From Parcubacteria group bacterium (GTDB lineage: Bacteria; Patescibacteriota; Minisyncoccia; Phycocordibacterales; Phycocordibacteraceae), in assembly GCA_028286615.1 (NCBI GenBank), contig JAQBRG010000004.1, forward strand, positions 36,480 to 100,479: 64,000 bases of DNA, read 5' to 3'. Positions 63,987 through 64,000 of this stretch are shown here, piece by piece. Position 1 is the stretch's first letter; the number at the start of each line of letters is the position of its first letter. Below the pieces are notes generated by a model. That model saw nothing but the letters and a program-made list of their open reading frames with translations. It was not told where the DNA came from and made no database searches. A program made the position numbers and the translations under genes.

Positions 63987-64000
63987 GACTTTCCCTTCTC

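Noticed and set aside
1-64000. CRISPR arrays, rRNA genes, transposases, integrases
   Set aside because: No arrayed short repeats and no recognisable 16S, 23S or 5S blocks. No DDE, serine or tyrosine recombinase motifs turned up among the ORFs I examined.

Overview
This 64-kb window reads as a chromosomal segment from a small-genome bacterium. By eye the GC content is mid-to-high 40s percent, and it spans the replication-origin neighbourhood (dnaA/dnaN running divergent from rpmH-rnpA-yidC). Several features are consistent with a candidate-phyla-radiation (Parcubacteria-like) organism, but that assignment is inference: rplK has no adjacent rplA, a pilM-pilN-pilO cluster and pilB sit apart from each other, and there is a VirB4/VirB6/PrgI-like T4SS module. 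Coding density is high and mostly housekeeping. I recognise about 95 protein genes, and I found seven tRNAs by hand-folding (His, Leu, Val, Arg-TCT, Ser, Arg-GCG, Lys), many hairpin terminators, and DnaA-box clusters upstream of dnaA (43.7 kb and 45.3 kb) that together mark a candidate oriC. There are no rRNA genes, CRISPR arrays, transposases or integrases. Six regions stand out. (1) A 1.6-kb ORF-poor, hairpin-rich region between a hypothetical gene and ruvB contains an 83-bp perfect direct repeat and an 18-bp perfect palindromic hairpin. It is a candidate large structured ncRNA or non-coding insertion. (2) Two GC-rich mini-islands carry self-contained genes: a 0.7-kb island encoding a secreted protein, and a 0.45-kb cassette flanked by 26-bp direct repeats. 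(3) A T4SS-like cluster has its VirB4-like ATPase split by one in-frame TAA, and its VirB2-like pilin carries a Cys-rich C-terminal domain. (4) A nucleotide and DNA-repair cluster holds a fused nucleotidyltransferase/dCMP-deaminase, a second nucleotidyltransferase, DHFR, an Ogg-like glycosylase and a stand-alone ParB-nuclease-domain protein. (5) A cytidine-deaminase-fold protein with an N-terminal extension lies next to tRNA-Lys. (6) A Cys-rich HNH endonuclease abuts tRNA-His. All calls come from motifs I recognised directly in the translations and sequence. No database search was run.
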